A stretch of DNA of 63,495 bases, the filler included, from Sphacelaria rigidula (lineage: Eukaryota): assembly GCA_964200075.2 (NCBI GenBank). It is 6 parts of 6 records of this genome, joined end to end, with 100 filler letters (N's around TTAATTAATTAA, not from the genome) between each part and the next. Parts side by side here need not be neighbours in the genome. Positions count along the whole stretch, not along the records: positions 42,400 to 52,897 come from CAXNAA020006387.1; positions 52,998 to 63,495 come from CAXNAA020006388.1; 4 more parts are not named here. The stretch is one strand, 5' to 3'. The first letter of the stretch is position 1; every line of letters starts with the position of its first letter. The position numbers and the translations under genes were made by a program. The notes under the pieces were generated by a model, which ran no database searches, was not told the DNA's origin, and saw only the letters and a program-made list of their open reading frames with translations. Of this stretch, positions 51,401-63,495 are shown piece by piece.

Positions 51401-52897
51401 CATTTATTAGAGAATGTCGATCGGAAAATTACACAAGGAGTGTTCCGTTGGTTAAAATTGTTGCTAAGCGGTTAGGGTAGGGTAGATTAAAAAGTCGGGT
51501 ATTTTGGCGTGCCGATTCCGTTTGTACCCGAGTGATGCTGCGATATCCCGCCCCCAGAAAAATGGCTGGTTTGAGGAGGCAAAATCTACGTTTGAATTAA
51601 AATTACAAAGCAAAGTCCATCAAACGGCTGGGACTTCCAACACCTGCCCAGGATCGTTTTCGCTAATGTCGCCCATGTGAGGCGCTTTATGAAGTCTGAA
51701 ACCAGCCATCATGCGCTGTATGGCCACTTTTTTCGTGACAGTTTTGGGGCTGGTTTAGGAGGGGGCTGTCGTGTCATCACTCACTTTGGAACCCTGAGTA
51801 CATTCAGCTGTGTGCAAACCCTGGATATCCTGAAATATTGAGTATTTTCGACGGTCCGTACCCTGGGTACCCCAAATACTGAGTACTGAGCATCCTGGGC
51901 AGCCGATACCGCGGGGCACTTGGAGTGCTGAGTATACGTACCAAGTACCCCTGGTACCAAGTGCGTGCAGTCGAGCTCCCACGGATAAGTGCTGGCATGT
52001 TGCTGTGAGTAAATCACATTCTGGGCACCCGTAGCCGACACGACTGGACATCAGCACCCGTTGCAGCGTCTCGGGGGTCTATGAGCACCGAGGCACTCAA
52101 CCCGTGACATACCCCCACAGCCTGTAACTTCCAAGTAGTACATGGCGATGATGAGATAATCAGCTTCCTTGCATTACTTACCGACACATGTACTGAAGCA
52201 GCACATCAAGTCTTGGGGCATGGCGTGGACGATGGCCGCTATACTGTAGTCGGTGACGGGGGTCAAGTTTTCACTCCGTGTGTGCCCCGGTTGGGTACTT
52301 CGAGTGTTTCTCCACATGCGACGAATCACGATGCGTGTACGATTTGTCCCGTATGAGTCGTGGCCGAGGAAAAACTTCGATTTGATTCATGTTGTAGGGA
52401 TCATGGGAGAGCAGTGCTACGGTAGGGGTTACACTTTTTGTTTCTGGGCCTCGTTTTTGTAGGAGCCCAAATATATGGGGCTTACTGTGCAACCCAAGTC
52501 TCCGGGGACAAGACATGGAAATGCACACAGGGGCCTTTTCGTGGATCGGCATCATTTTCAGTCTTTTTCAAGTGAAAATGATGCCGATTCTCAGAATGAT
52601 CCGTGCAACACCCCGGGGAACATTTTCGCTCAACAAGTGCAACCCTACCGTAGCATCACTCGGGAATTGAAAACGAATGTCAAATCCAAGCTGCACGGAT
52701 GTCGGGTGGGTATCATGCACAATTCATCTTGTCCGAATTAAGGATGGAGAACATTGGAAGGATTCGTCCTGCAAGAACTAGGTGCATGAAAAAAGTTCAC
52801 GGTTACGACAAATAATGATTCGTCAGGAAATTAGTTGGTTTTAGTACCATAAGTTGACTCGTGATGAATGAATCCCCGTGACTCATTTCAGCGTTAC

Positions 52898-52997
52898 NNN
52901 NNNNNNNNNNNNNNNNNNNNNNNNNNNNNNNNNNNNNNNNNTTAATTAATTAANNNNNNNNNNNNNNNNNNNNNNNNNNNNNNNNNNNNNNNNNNNN
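52898..52997. other. Artificial contig linker
   Basis: N44-TTAATTAATTAA-N44. Confidence 0.97.
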
Positions 52998-53003
52998 CCA
53001 AAA

Positions 53004-53041
<38 letters not shown>

Positions 53042-53144
53042 ACCCACCCGTCACGCCCCCTTAGCGTGTGCCGTCATCATCGACGTACGAGCCCAGAATC
53101 ATAAAGATAATGTGTCATGATTCACAGTACACGGCGGCACCTAC

Positions 53145-53265
53145 CTCCAGACGTTCTGCGTAGTTCATGAGGTGCGGGCAGCCTCGCCAAGTACGGTTAA
53201 CCTTCGGCTTATTCTTATGGATGGTCAGTTGCCCCCGCAGATATGCTCTGTACTGGTCTCCGAAA
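53145..53265 (-). CDS. DUF6625-like protein, exon 4
   Basis: AGCAG|T TTC (phase 2 fits) ... GAG|GTAGGT; (S)FGDQYRAYLRGQLTIHKNKPKVNRTWRGCPHL. Gene runs off the contig. Confidence 0.85.
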
Positions 53266-53805
53266 CTGCTCGGACGTGAGGGGAAAGGTATAGTAGCATC
53301 AAAATAGCACTACACCGAGGATGCTTATGAAAAAAATATTCAACAGGTGCTCTTGTGCTTGCTTTTGCTTTTACTAACGATATTTGCGAAAGGGGAGGTG
53401 TGGTCTCGCCAGACGCTTAAGCAGAGAATATGATTCTCTACAGAACATTCTTCACCCACACTGCCGGCTCAAAGGTAAGATGCGATAGTCTAGGTAATAA
53501 CGCGAAAACGGGCGACTCCCGGAATATACCACCCCACCTCAACCGTATTCCAAAAATCTTGGAACAAGCAGATTGACAGCGTGCGTAGAACTTCATGTAG
53601 GCTGTAAGCATGGCGCTAAAGAACGCAATAACGTGTGACATAGAGCGTATTCCAGCCACCAGCCATGAAAGTTATGCACGGTTAGTTACTGCCACCATTT
53701 CGACCACAACCTATACATCCTGCAAGACTCCAAGTGTCCTTGCCCACCAGTAAAGGCATACGATAGACCGCATTTCCCCCATGTACGTGAGCACCTACAT
53801 GTCAC

Positions 53806-53975
53806 CTGAAGGTGATGATGTCAAAATCGCGAAGTTCGTTGGGCTCCAGCCAGCCCCGACGCATATCTCCGAAGAGCACGTCAAGGTCACCGAAGGCCCA
53901 GTGGGAATAGTTCTTCAGGTACTCTCGAAACAACCACCCCAGCGCCGGCTTAAACTCCACCAGGTAGTATGGCGA
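53806..53975 (-). CDS. DUF6625-like protein, exon 3 (DxD motif)
   Basis: ACCAG|TCG ... AG|GTGACA; SPYYLVEFKPALGWLFREYLKNYSHWAFGDLDVLFGDM..FDIITF. Confidence 0.88.
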
Positions 53976-54579
53976 CTGGTGCACACGTGAATTTATTTTA
54001 GACGGAGAAACGGCCGAGAGAACACCGGATATTATGGAATGTTTGAGTTTGTCACGTCGTACCTGTGACCACGTACTGGGTACTTGTACCCCCGATCTTG
54101 ATACCCGAACCCACATCGCTGGGTCTCGGTTGGTACGTTCGTGAGCAGAACATCTACGCATTCCTTGGGCTCAACAGCGTATTCTCGGACAGCGCGGAAT
54201 GAATGGTGTAGCCAAGTGCGGAGTCGTGTTTTGTGCGTCTGATCCCTCGACCTCTTCTTGACAGGGCGCTACTCGAACGATGAAAACGTTCGCTGGCTAT
54301 GCAGTCACCATGCAGTGACACCCCGGCGGGAACCTGAACGGGACTCCTTTACTGTACGCGCATGCGTTCGTGGACTTCGCCTTTGGCACGATCAACAATG
54401 ATCTACAGATAGCACAAGATCGACTACGAGCACAGTACAAGATTGACTACGAGTTGACTACGAGTATGGTATCGAAGTAAGCAAGTCAGACGGTGGCGAC
54501 GCTTATGATAAAAAAAGCTGCAGTAGGCACTACTGTGTGAAACCTATGTTTCATCTCACATGTATACGCGCCCCTATGG

Positions 54580-54865
54580 TCTAAGTGGTGTAGTGACAAC
54601 CTGGTAGGGCGGGACAATTAGGGTTAAAACCCCAGGGATGCATTTTGTTTTCCCCGAGGAGTATCTGATTTCCGGCGTTGAAAACGCAAGGGCATGCGTA
54701 GCAAAAAAGGTATACTTCTTGTAAGATTCGACGCGGTGCGGAATTGACGATTTATTCCGCGATACCAAAAAGTAAGGTTTGTGCCGGAGGATAGATGGGT
54801 GATGCCTCGAGACTACGTACTCATCCCAAGGAATGGGGCGGGCGGATTCCAGGACGAAAAACTAA
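54580..54865 (+). mobile_element. Diverged SINE family B copy (intronic)
   Basis: AGTGGTGTAGTG and GGGTTAAAACC box remnants, CCGCGATACCAAAAAGTAAGG and GAGACTACGTACTCATCCC core. Confidence 0.55.
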
Positions 54866-55831
54866 TAGCCCTGAAAACATCGCAGACGTTGAATACTTGG
54901 AGTGCTTAAAATCACTACGTACAAGAGGCGAGTCGGGCATCCTGTGAAACCAAAGTGCACGACAGCACGATGAAATTCCACAAAACCAGGTGAGCACTGC
55001 CACAAAAAACTTGAACGAGGTGAGTCGATCACTCAGTAGAACAGGACAGCCAATATTTGCCGATCACCTTGCGATTCTGATTCTATAGTTTCAAACTGCA
55101 GCCGAATTGCGCTGTCTTTGTTAATACAACACAGAACCTGCCAGACTCGACCTGAACACTTCCGTTGATTGTGTGGTATGATGAAACGTGAACGAATTTA
55201 CCCCTAAGGTCTAATCCATAACCCTCTGCCCGGAGCGGAACCAACTCTTTGGAGGAAGATCATGTGCCATGAGCCAGCAAAGCACAGAGGAACCCCAGGG
55301 GAACTACCAACTGCTGGGCTGGATACCCCCTACCACCTTGCAGAGGACGTCGATAGTCACGACAATCCCTGCAGAAACCTCATTGTTTCTCTTTATCGAC
55401 TAGGGTACACTATTGAATTAATACCGTCACTATGTAGGGATCGCCGGGGTATGAGCACCTCGAAACCGAGAGGTTTGTCGGCCCGTGTCGGAAGGTGGGG
55501 GGAGTAAGAAGGGAAGTAGAATCATTACACAAAGTTTCGGCATTTTATGCACCTCCATCGAGCTTCTCGCACAAACTTTACCCTGACTCGTTTCAGTAAG
55601 TTCGTACCTGCAACTTATCCTGCACAGCAGGATATGAACCTCGATAACACTCTGGTGCAAGACTTAACTTTATCCACCTGAAGATGACGTTTAAAACGAA
55701 TTTACCCCCAGTATCAACGTATCACTTGCGTTTAGTTCGCAATTCTAGCACTTGAGTTCAATGTGATATCATTCGTACTTGATTTTCAGTACGCTGGAGA
55801 TATATTTGGCTTTCGTATCCAAAACAAAGAA

Positions 55832-56058
55832 GATGACTTCGTGGTCGACGAAGGAAAGGGATTGCTGAACCCTTCCCGCGATAAAAAATAAGGCAAGCGC
55901 CGCAGAAGGAAGGTGGAGTACAAAAACAAAACAAAACAATAGAAAGTTCCTGCGTTGGCCTTGCTCCTGCGTTGGTCTTGCTCCTGCGTGACCCGGGCTG
56001 ATGTGCCCATATACACCGAAAGGTGTGGACTGGCATCCAGTATAGATGGCATGACAAC

Positions 56059-56121
<63 letters not shown>
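55832..56121 (+). mobile_element. SINE family A body with expanded (CA)n tail
   Basis: Colinear with 27145-27361; (AC)n at ~56057-56121. Confidence 0.8.
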
Positions 56122-56122
<1 letters not shown>

Positions 56123-56311
56123 CCAAAACTTCTTGGGTCCAGTACGGTCATTAACTATTAATACTTGATTATGGTGTTGGTACCAACTACTTTGTTTCAG
56201 CATGGTAGCAGGTTGGACCTAGGATCCGAAACACATCGTGAGGCCGGTCAAGGCAGATACTCGTGCCTGTTTGGTGCATCCTCGTAGGTCCTCGAATGCC
56301 GCGTTGCTCAC

Positions 56312-56659
56312 CATTACGAGTAGCTGATCAAGGAAGGTAGTGGCGAGCTGACGTGCGGCAATCGCGCTAGTCATATCATCGTGCGTGCCCTTCTGTTCGA
56401 TGTCTGATCCCCCCTCCTTGCCAGCAGCCGCGACGGGAACTTCGTGCGGTCTCGAGGTATCACTTTGTTTATCTTCTAATCTTCTTCTCGTCTGTCGATT
56501 CAATGTCTTCCCTGAGGAAGAAGGCTTTTCGCGAGTGTCGTGGTCGTGGTATTCGTCTATATGTCGCTCGACAACCACCCCGGCGAGAATCCATGCTATG
56601 CGCCTGCTGGACATCGGAAAAAACTTGATGTTCGACGGGCCGCCCTTCCTTACCAGTTT
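56312..56659 (-). CDS. DUF6625-like protein, exon 2
   Basis: CGCAG|AAA ... ATG|GTGAGC, 116 codons; KLVRKGGPSNIKFFPMSSRRIAWIL..ATTFLDQLLVM. Confidence 0.8.
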
Positions 56660-57044
56660 CTGCGTTTGAAAAAAGGAAGTGGCGGATTCGGAATATCGTC
56701 TTCGTCGTATGAACCAGCCCTAGGCAGCATGTTATACAGAGCTCGTAGAGCAGCGGCACCCGTGAAAACCAGGGGTCTTCAAAGTTGAAACAGCGATAAC
56801 TTTAGGTAGGTTGGAGTAGAATCATGTGTGCCCACGACGCAACACGAGCAAAGTCAAGGATACTGTTCGATAGTGATGCCGACAAAATGTACCTGGCGGA
56901 GAGTGCCGAATACTCACAACTGATGCTACCTAGTCAGATATGATTGAGAACACAACAAAAGTGTGTGACTTCTACACCGATAGCAGTTACCCACGCCATG
57001 CGTGCAACTGGTGGGTTAATAGCCATCGCTACTGCAAGAGGCAC

Positions 57045-58277
57045 CTGATCGCAAAAAATAATCCAGTCCACGAGGCCTTCGTTGTGCCGGGCCTGCTCCG
57101 CAAAAACATCCCACCACACGGGAAGATCGTTCCCAATGTAAGGGACCACCACCGCAACACGTTGCCCGCCGTACATTTCCGACACCGTCTCTGGTGCCAG
57201 GGTCGGCTGCTCATGGCCCGCGAAAATTGCGGTTTTATCGTTGGCCATGATCATATCAGGTTGCCCTGGTTCCTGTCGCTGGTCTCGCCAGTTTTGTTTA
57301 TTATTCACGGCTTGATTAGTGTCTTGCTCTTGCCAATAATCATCCACGATATTTTGTTTAGTGTTCATCCTGGGTTCACCCATTCTGAGCTTAGTCGTAG
57401 CTGAATGTTTCTCGCTGCTAGGAACACGTGCTGCCTGTTGCGAAAGAGGCGACGATGGAGGCTCGGTGTCACCAGCGTTATTATTGATGGGGTTGTCGCC
57501 CACGTTGTTGTCGGTATCCACGGTATACCCACTTTGGCGCACCACCGCGGCACGGTCTGCGGTGTAGGTGTTCTCCTCAGCAGGCAGCCCCCGATTAGTA
57601 AATACGTGATGCGCCACGACAAGGGGGAGGGGTAGACGCGGGCGCGGCGAGCGCTGCCGATGGACGGCGCCGACTTGCGACGGACCTGCAGATTCTGAGG
57701 TTGGTGCAATATCAACCCCACTGTCCTCCATAAAAATTGCCTCCTTCAGTAGGTACACGTCAACAAATAGAGCTCCAAGAACCACGGCAAGCGATATCCA
57801 TTTCGCGAGCTGGAAAGCCGAGCGGAAGCAAGCACTTCCGCGGGTGCTGCCGCGAGCGCTTCGACTTCCAGGGCTAATGCTGCTGCAACAAAGAAAGCGT
57901 TGGCGTTCTGAAACCAAAGGCGATGCAGTAAAAGCAGAGGCCTTCGCTGTCTCAGGGTGGCTACCACTACCTGTGTCATGATGGTCGTTGTAAGTGACGG
58001 CATGGGATAATCCGGCGTCGCTCGTCGGCGCACAGACCCCATGGCTGAACATGCGGGGTGCTGGTGGTGGTGGTATTGTCGTGTCGCTGCTTGTACGCGA
58101 CCGCAGGCGTGCATGGGTACTGTGCCCGGGAGTTTGATGACCCTCCTGCGCTGGTGGTGTGTATCTGTTGACCTCTGTTTCGGATGCCTCCAGGTCCCCC
58201 CCTTGCTGTGTATTCTTCACCTCTTCCCCGGTGAGACTGCCACTGGGCGTGCTTCTCTGTCGCGAAGATGCAAACAT
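57045..58277 (-). CDS. Type II membrane DUF6625-like (glycosyltransferase-like) protein, exon 1
   Basis: ATG 58277 (start uncertain; frame open to 58463); low-complexity N-terminus, one hydrophobic segment WISLAVVLGALFVDVYLL, long polar stem, then RVAVVVPYIGNDLPVWWDVFAEQARHNEGLVDWIIFCDQ; donor CAG|GTGCCT. Confidence 0.82.
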
Positions 58278-60113
58278 CCCCGGCGAGACTAACTTCGAGC
58301 CCCGATGATTGGCAAACTGACAGTTGTTTCTCTTTTTGTTGGGGAGTGAGGGGCGTGTACAGTCTACTACGGTGGAGTATAGGTGTTTCCTACCTCGCGT
58401 AGCGTAGCGTGTCCAACGAAGGCACCCCGCGATTTGACTACGCCCTATTCGATCCGTGTACACATGAGCTCATGTATCCCCAGCGCGGAATCTTCTTCTT
58501 ACTCCGATGCACCTGCTTGGATATTTCTCGATGCACGAAATAGCAGTAAATTCTCGTGTGTTCAAGAGCCTTGGGAGTACCTCACTCCATCCGCAGAGTG
58601 TCCTGCCCTACACTTTCTTCGTACGATATATTCAGCCAAGCTCCAAGACGTCACCCCCTGGACTGCTCGCTTGCAGTTCACACGACTTCTAGAAATACTT
58701 GGACTACCAGCCCTACGGTGCTGTGTACTGTAATGTCGTGTTTACTGCTGTGCTGGGTGATTGCCCTATGATGAGCATTTTATTTGTACTGGTCTCACAA
58801 AAGCTGCCGGGGGTATGATACAAAACGGCTTTGTGGATTCACGACCTTTGTCGATCTTCCGATCTTCCGATCTTCCGATCTTTCGATCTTTCCAGCTCGA
58901 GATTCCGCCGCATCTGACCTACGGGAACTGAAACATGATGAACAATTTTTCAAATTTTTTCATATACCCCCCCCCCCCCCCCCGTTTTCGCCCGTTGTGT
59001 AGCACACCGGTTTACTCGACAACCTTACCAGACAATTTTTCGCAAAGTGAATGTTGGCTGAAGGAATCCACTATCTGGAAGCAAGAGGTATATCGGCGAA
59101 GTTGCAAGAAACGATCGTGAGGGATAGTGCCTTAGTGGTTGCTTTCCGTGACAAGGGCGGTGCAGCACAGGCAGTACAGACAGTCGTGAGTGCTGCCTTG
59201 CGTTGTACCTGTCGGCACTGCGTTACAACAACTTGAGCCCACCCTCATCATACCAGCTGGCTAGAACGAGCGTTCAGTTTGTGGTGGCAGTGGCCACATC
59301 GACTGATCCACAATACTAGGGAGAAGAGCGCTGTGTTCAGGCAATGGCGGGCCCTTCTGCCCCAGCTGCAAGGTATGTTCATGTCAAGAGGTTGTGAGAG
59401 GGAACCTGATGTACTCTGTAGATCAACACTCTCTCTTACAATTTTTTTGAAAGGGTTGACGCCTTCAGCGCGGCAAAGCAACCTCCTTGAGGTACATGTG
59501 TATTGTACTGCGATAATATCTTTCACGTATTATGGACCTGAGTTGCACCGATCAAAGTACCAAGTCGAGCCCCCCTACATATGGTATGCCGCACGAGTCT
59601 GTTGTCTTGGTCGGTCGTTCTTGTTGCCATCTTTGTTGAAGGACAGTGCACACCTGTAGTTGAGATCTGCACAACGCTGGTGTAATCGACCTGTTTGTAA
59701 AGTTTGAGAGATGTTGTTGCTTTGAGTACCACCCCTGCTCGTAGACTAGACAGTACCGCAACTGTTCGGTTCCTCCAGCCCAAGCGCATGACAGAGTAAG
59801 GGGGCGAGTACGAGGGAACTTCGTATGATATCTTTTCTGGTCCCGCCCTCCATCCTCATCTGTTTTGACTCTGCAGTAACAACCACCCGTTGTGATCTAT
59901 AATAGCAGCGATGCATGTTGTGGACATGAGACTCAGAAAAAAGCTCTGCGGAAGCACATTCGCAACGCCTGCGTACCCCGCTTGGCTTTCGCTGTCTCCC
60001 CAGGATCACCAAAACGTACCTCAAGGCCCCTCGAGACGATTGGACGGGTTTGCGAGTTGTAGCTGCCAACAGTGTTCTGTAGGCGCGCTATTCATGCATG
60101 GAATACAGAAAAT

Positions 60114-60224
60114 GGAGTATAACGTGATAATATCAGACATTTGAAATTCGACCGGAAATCACGAAGCAGTATTTCGCGATTTCCAGTCGAATTTCAAATG
60201 TCCGATCTTTTCACACAATACTCC
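60114..60224. repeat. 111-bp hairpin (MITE-like)
   Basis: GGAGTAT..GACATTTGAAATTCGAC.GGAAATC pairs with GATTTCC.GTCGAATTTCAAATGTC..ATACTCC. Confidence 0.8.
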
Positions 60225-63084
60225 GTACTAGAGAACGTGAACTGGTTTGGCAACTAAAATCAGTTTACTGGTGGCAAAAACTTACAACCAGTGACAGTCA
60301 TCAGTCGAAACTGGATAACTGACGGCGAAGCCAACTCGCGACACCGGCAGCGTCGCCTGGCAAGGCAACGCGACGGAGTCGCGTACACGCCCCCGACTCG
60401 GCTGGTGAGGGGGGCCCGCCGGAGGCAAAAAAATTACGCCATTTGATCTCACATCTCTTCAAAACCACGGTAAATTCTAGCCGCCTAGCGCCAGCGATTT
60501 GAGCACGTGATCGATGCACAACATATATATATATATATACATAAATGAGAGGACGAGAAATTTCACTGAACTTTGCGACGTGAATTAAAAAGAACGAAGC
60601 GGTGAGACAGCACTGTAGTGTGCAGCATACATAGCGCTCCGCGTATACAACCCAAGCACCAGGAACTGCTAGTATAGTAGCACGACAACTCGGTAACTTT
60701 ATTGAGTGTGACTCCACCAGCCAGGAAATTTTAACACAATCTCGACTCGTCCTCATGCTTCCGTATCACATTGACCAGCTACCACTGAACGCTTAACGCT
60801 TGATACCGCCACAATGAAGCGAAGCACACACAACGCTACGAAACGCAGTCTTGCTTCACATTTCAGATCCGCTCAATTGACAACTGTCCGTGCCCGATCT
60901 CTTTTTTCCGTGTGTCTAAGAATATATTTTGTCTGCGATATTCGTGTCCACGTCTAGGTGTGTGCGCCGGGCGTCATGTAGTAGCATCTGTAACAGCGTC
61001 CTCAGGGTCATTGTAGTACGATAAAATTTCAGAATTTTTGACTTGAGTATGTACAGAGAACACTTTGGAGTATGACACATGTCGGATGAAGTAACTGGTT
61101 CAACTGGTTGCCGAACCGATCAGTTGACCAGTTGCGCCAGTTAACTGTCACTGGTCAGTTGAACTGGTAGACAGTTCACAACTCTACGAAACACGCTATG
61201 AAATCTGAAACCGATTTCAAGACCCGTTTCCATTTTCACACGGAGCACAGATTTTTAAAGCAAAAATCCGGACTCACACATCCACACGCCCACACCTTTT
61301 TCTTTCTCGGCACGCCGGGGGGGCGGGCGCCGAGGAGAAGGGAGGCAATAACCCCTACATGGACTATTTTCACCCTAAGTAATATATAGAGCGAGTCACT
61401 CGATTTAAGAGTCGGGCAGGCAAGTGACATCCGGATCCGCAGTCATGCATCACCCTTTTTTTTCGGCCTTCGAGGAGCGGGGGGAGGGGAGGGATGGGGC
61501 ACATTAGATCCTACGTGAAACTGTTTCTACACGTGTTCTTATGCAAAAGAAATACTCGATCGAAGAGTTGCAGGCAAAAGTTGAAGTATGAGGGAACCTA
61601 GTCACTTGATAGAGTAGCTGCGGCGGGTTACTTGATGGAAGAGGAGGGAGGCAAGTTGCTAGAACTGTCTGTGGGGGACCCAAGTCTCTTGATCTTACAG
61701 TTGGTGAGCAAGGCACTTGATCTTGGACTAGCTGAGGCAAGTTACTTGAACAAAGCAGGGGTGAACCGAGTCACGTGAGATTAGAGTTGGTGCTGGGGTT
61801 GGTGAGGCAAGTCACTTGAACTGAGCACAACTGCTGCGGCGAAAGAGAGCCTGAAACTCAGGAGTTCGAAAACTTGGCGAAACCCTCTCTGGCCCAAAGA
61901 CACGCGCACGGCGCAAGCACACAACCAGACCATGACATTACAACACAACCATAGTCGCCGTAATGCAGTGCAATGCATCACAATCGAACGACCACAGCGT
62001 TTGAGATCTTGTCACGATAGATGAAGCCACGATAGGCACCTGTCAACTCGTCCAACACGTCTACGAACAGAAGGTGTTGATCAGGCGGGGGGGGAGGGGG
62101 AGAGGGATGTGTGGGAGGTTTTCTTTTCTCATCTACCCTTGCTTGTACAAAAGCAGACACAAGGAGTTCTGCAACTGTACAACATCGCCCATAGAAGACA
62201 CAAAGGCTACACAGTCTGACGTGACTTTTTTTGTCCTTGTACAGACAGCACTTAGTTCCCACCCCAGTTCTGTACAGACCGAAACACAGCAGCAGTGCAG
62301 TTGCTGAGGCAATCTCCAGCGTAGATCAAACCGTGCTGGCAGGGTTCAAACTTGCCACGGTACAGCAACAACTAAAGCATAGAAATGATGGGTGTGGGCG
62401 CGAAGCTCGTTGTCCGTTTTATGGAAGACGTAATGGCTAATAAGAAATCGGAAAGTGGAGGGGAGCCCCTCCCACCACTGCCAGAGAAGGGACAAAATGG
62501 AGAGGCAAAACGCACGGCGAAATTCGCGAGCAACTGACGACACCGTGCCCTCTCCCACCCCCACTTGTGTTGCAATGACTATTTTATTTCTCGAATTTCC
62601 CTTTTTTTGCGCCTTTCCCGGGCTTTTCTTTCCTCTTCTTTGTTTTCTATTTTTACATATATATCTTCTTCGTAGAAACGTGCTTGGATCCTGCTATCCT
62701 TCGGCTCTCGTATTGTCTTGCCTTGCCTTGCCTTACCCTGTCCTGGCCTGTTCTAAGTTGTTCAGTATGCCACCCGGGGTAGTTCTCGAATTTGGCCCTT
62801 GTTTGCCTTTTGTGGCCCGCATATAGTGTAATCGACGGTTTTATATTTATTTTATGGTTAATTTCAAGCCGTATGTATGCGTTTACCTTATCTCAACTTT
62901 TGCTGGCATGTATGTAGAACCCCGTCCTGTAGGGCGCTGTGTTTTTCATATTCGTCGGAGTATTATCATTTTCGCTTGTCATCTGTCTTTTTGTGCCACG
63001 GCTTTGTGTCCACAGGCGCTAGATTTCTGGAAAAGGGTCAAGACTAAAACAAGCAACACTGCGCTGTTTTCAAACAGATTATAC

Positions 63085-63170
63085 CGGGGAAAGATGGGTT
63101 GATGCCTTGAGACTACGGACTCGCCCCGAGGAAGGGGAGGGTTCAAAGTGCGACAGATGAAAAAGTGAAC
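63085..63170 (+). mobile_element. SINE family B 3' end (another at 42400-42475)
   Basis: GGGTTGATGCCTTGAGACTACGGACTCGCCCCGAGGAAGGGGAGGGTTCAAAGTG followed by A-rich tail. Confidence 0.6.
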
Positions 63171-63495
63171 AATGAAAATATCAGGCAGCACAGGGTCTAT
63201 GAAAAAAACATTTCGACACCCGTAGACCCAAAGATGAAAGAAATCGAGTTTTTGAGGAGGGGCGGAGGGGAAAAATATGCGTTCATTGTAGATGTGCTCT
63301 CCAATGATAACTTGTTTTGAGCAAAGTGTTCGAACGGCGGTGAACTGGGCGTCGCAAGACAAGTATCTCCTTACTCTTGTCTTGGTGTCATTAACGCGCA
63401 CACCGAGTTCTAGGACAATCGAGCAAGAACCTAGACATTGAGCATGTTGTATCAATCGCCCCTGATACTAAGTCCCGCCACGACGACGTACGAGA

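Noticed and set aside
46803-52897. Large TIR element capturing SNARE exon 1 (46803-46900 inverted relative to 52801-52897)
   Set aside because: The copies are diverged and one is cut by the contig end; more simply two insertions of one repeat family.
55758-56203. Cys-Val or His-Thr repeat proteins
   Set aside because: Translations of the (CA)n SINE tail inside an intron.
7687-58277. Immune or secretion gene cluster (ROCO, EsV-1-7, SNARE, glycosyltransferase)
   Set aside because: Each gene is on a different concatenated contig.

Overview
Eukaryotic, intron-rich and repeat-rich DNA, most consistent with a brown alga (Phaeophyceae; inferred from the EsV-1-7 repeat protein, the ROCO exon type and the intron style). 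The window is not one locus. It is six unrelated contigs (1-10501, 10602-21102, 21203-31701, 31802-42299, 42400-52897, 52998-63495; lengths 10501, 10501, 10499, 10498, 10498, 10498) joined by an artificial 100-bp N44-TTAATTAATTAA-N44 linker, so adjacency across linkers means nothing. Contents by contig: (1) ROC GTPase exon of an LRR-ROCO gene; (2) four exons of an SLC10A7/BASS4-like sodium symporter with intronic SINEs and a long hairpin; (3) an orphan spliced gene or pseudogene and a 5'-truncated EsV-1-7 repeat protein; (4) a decayed Ty3/Gypsy pol, an opposing gag with a CCHC knuckle, a MITE carrying (TTAGGG)6 and a 20-bp minisatellite; (5) a SNAP-25-like Qbc-SNARE gene with a C2H2 zinc finger between its SNARE motifs and the start of a fascin-like beta-trefoil after them; (6) a type II membrane protein with a DUF6625-like, DxD-bearing glycosyltransferase-like domain. 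The two most interesting candidates are the unusual SNARE architecture and the DUF6625 protein. All exon models were derived by hand from splice signals and reading-frame phase; no database search was run.
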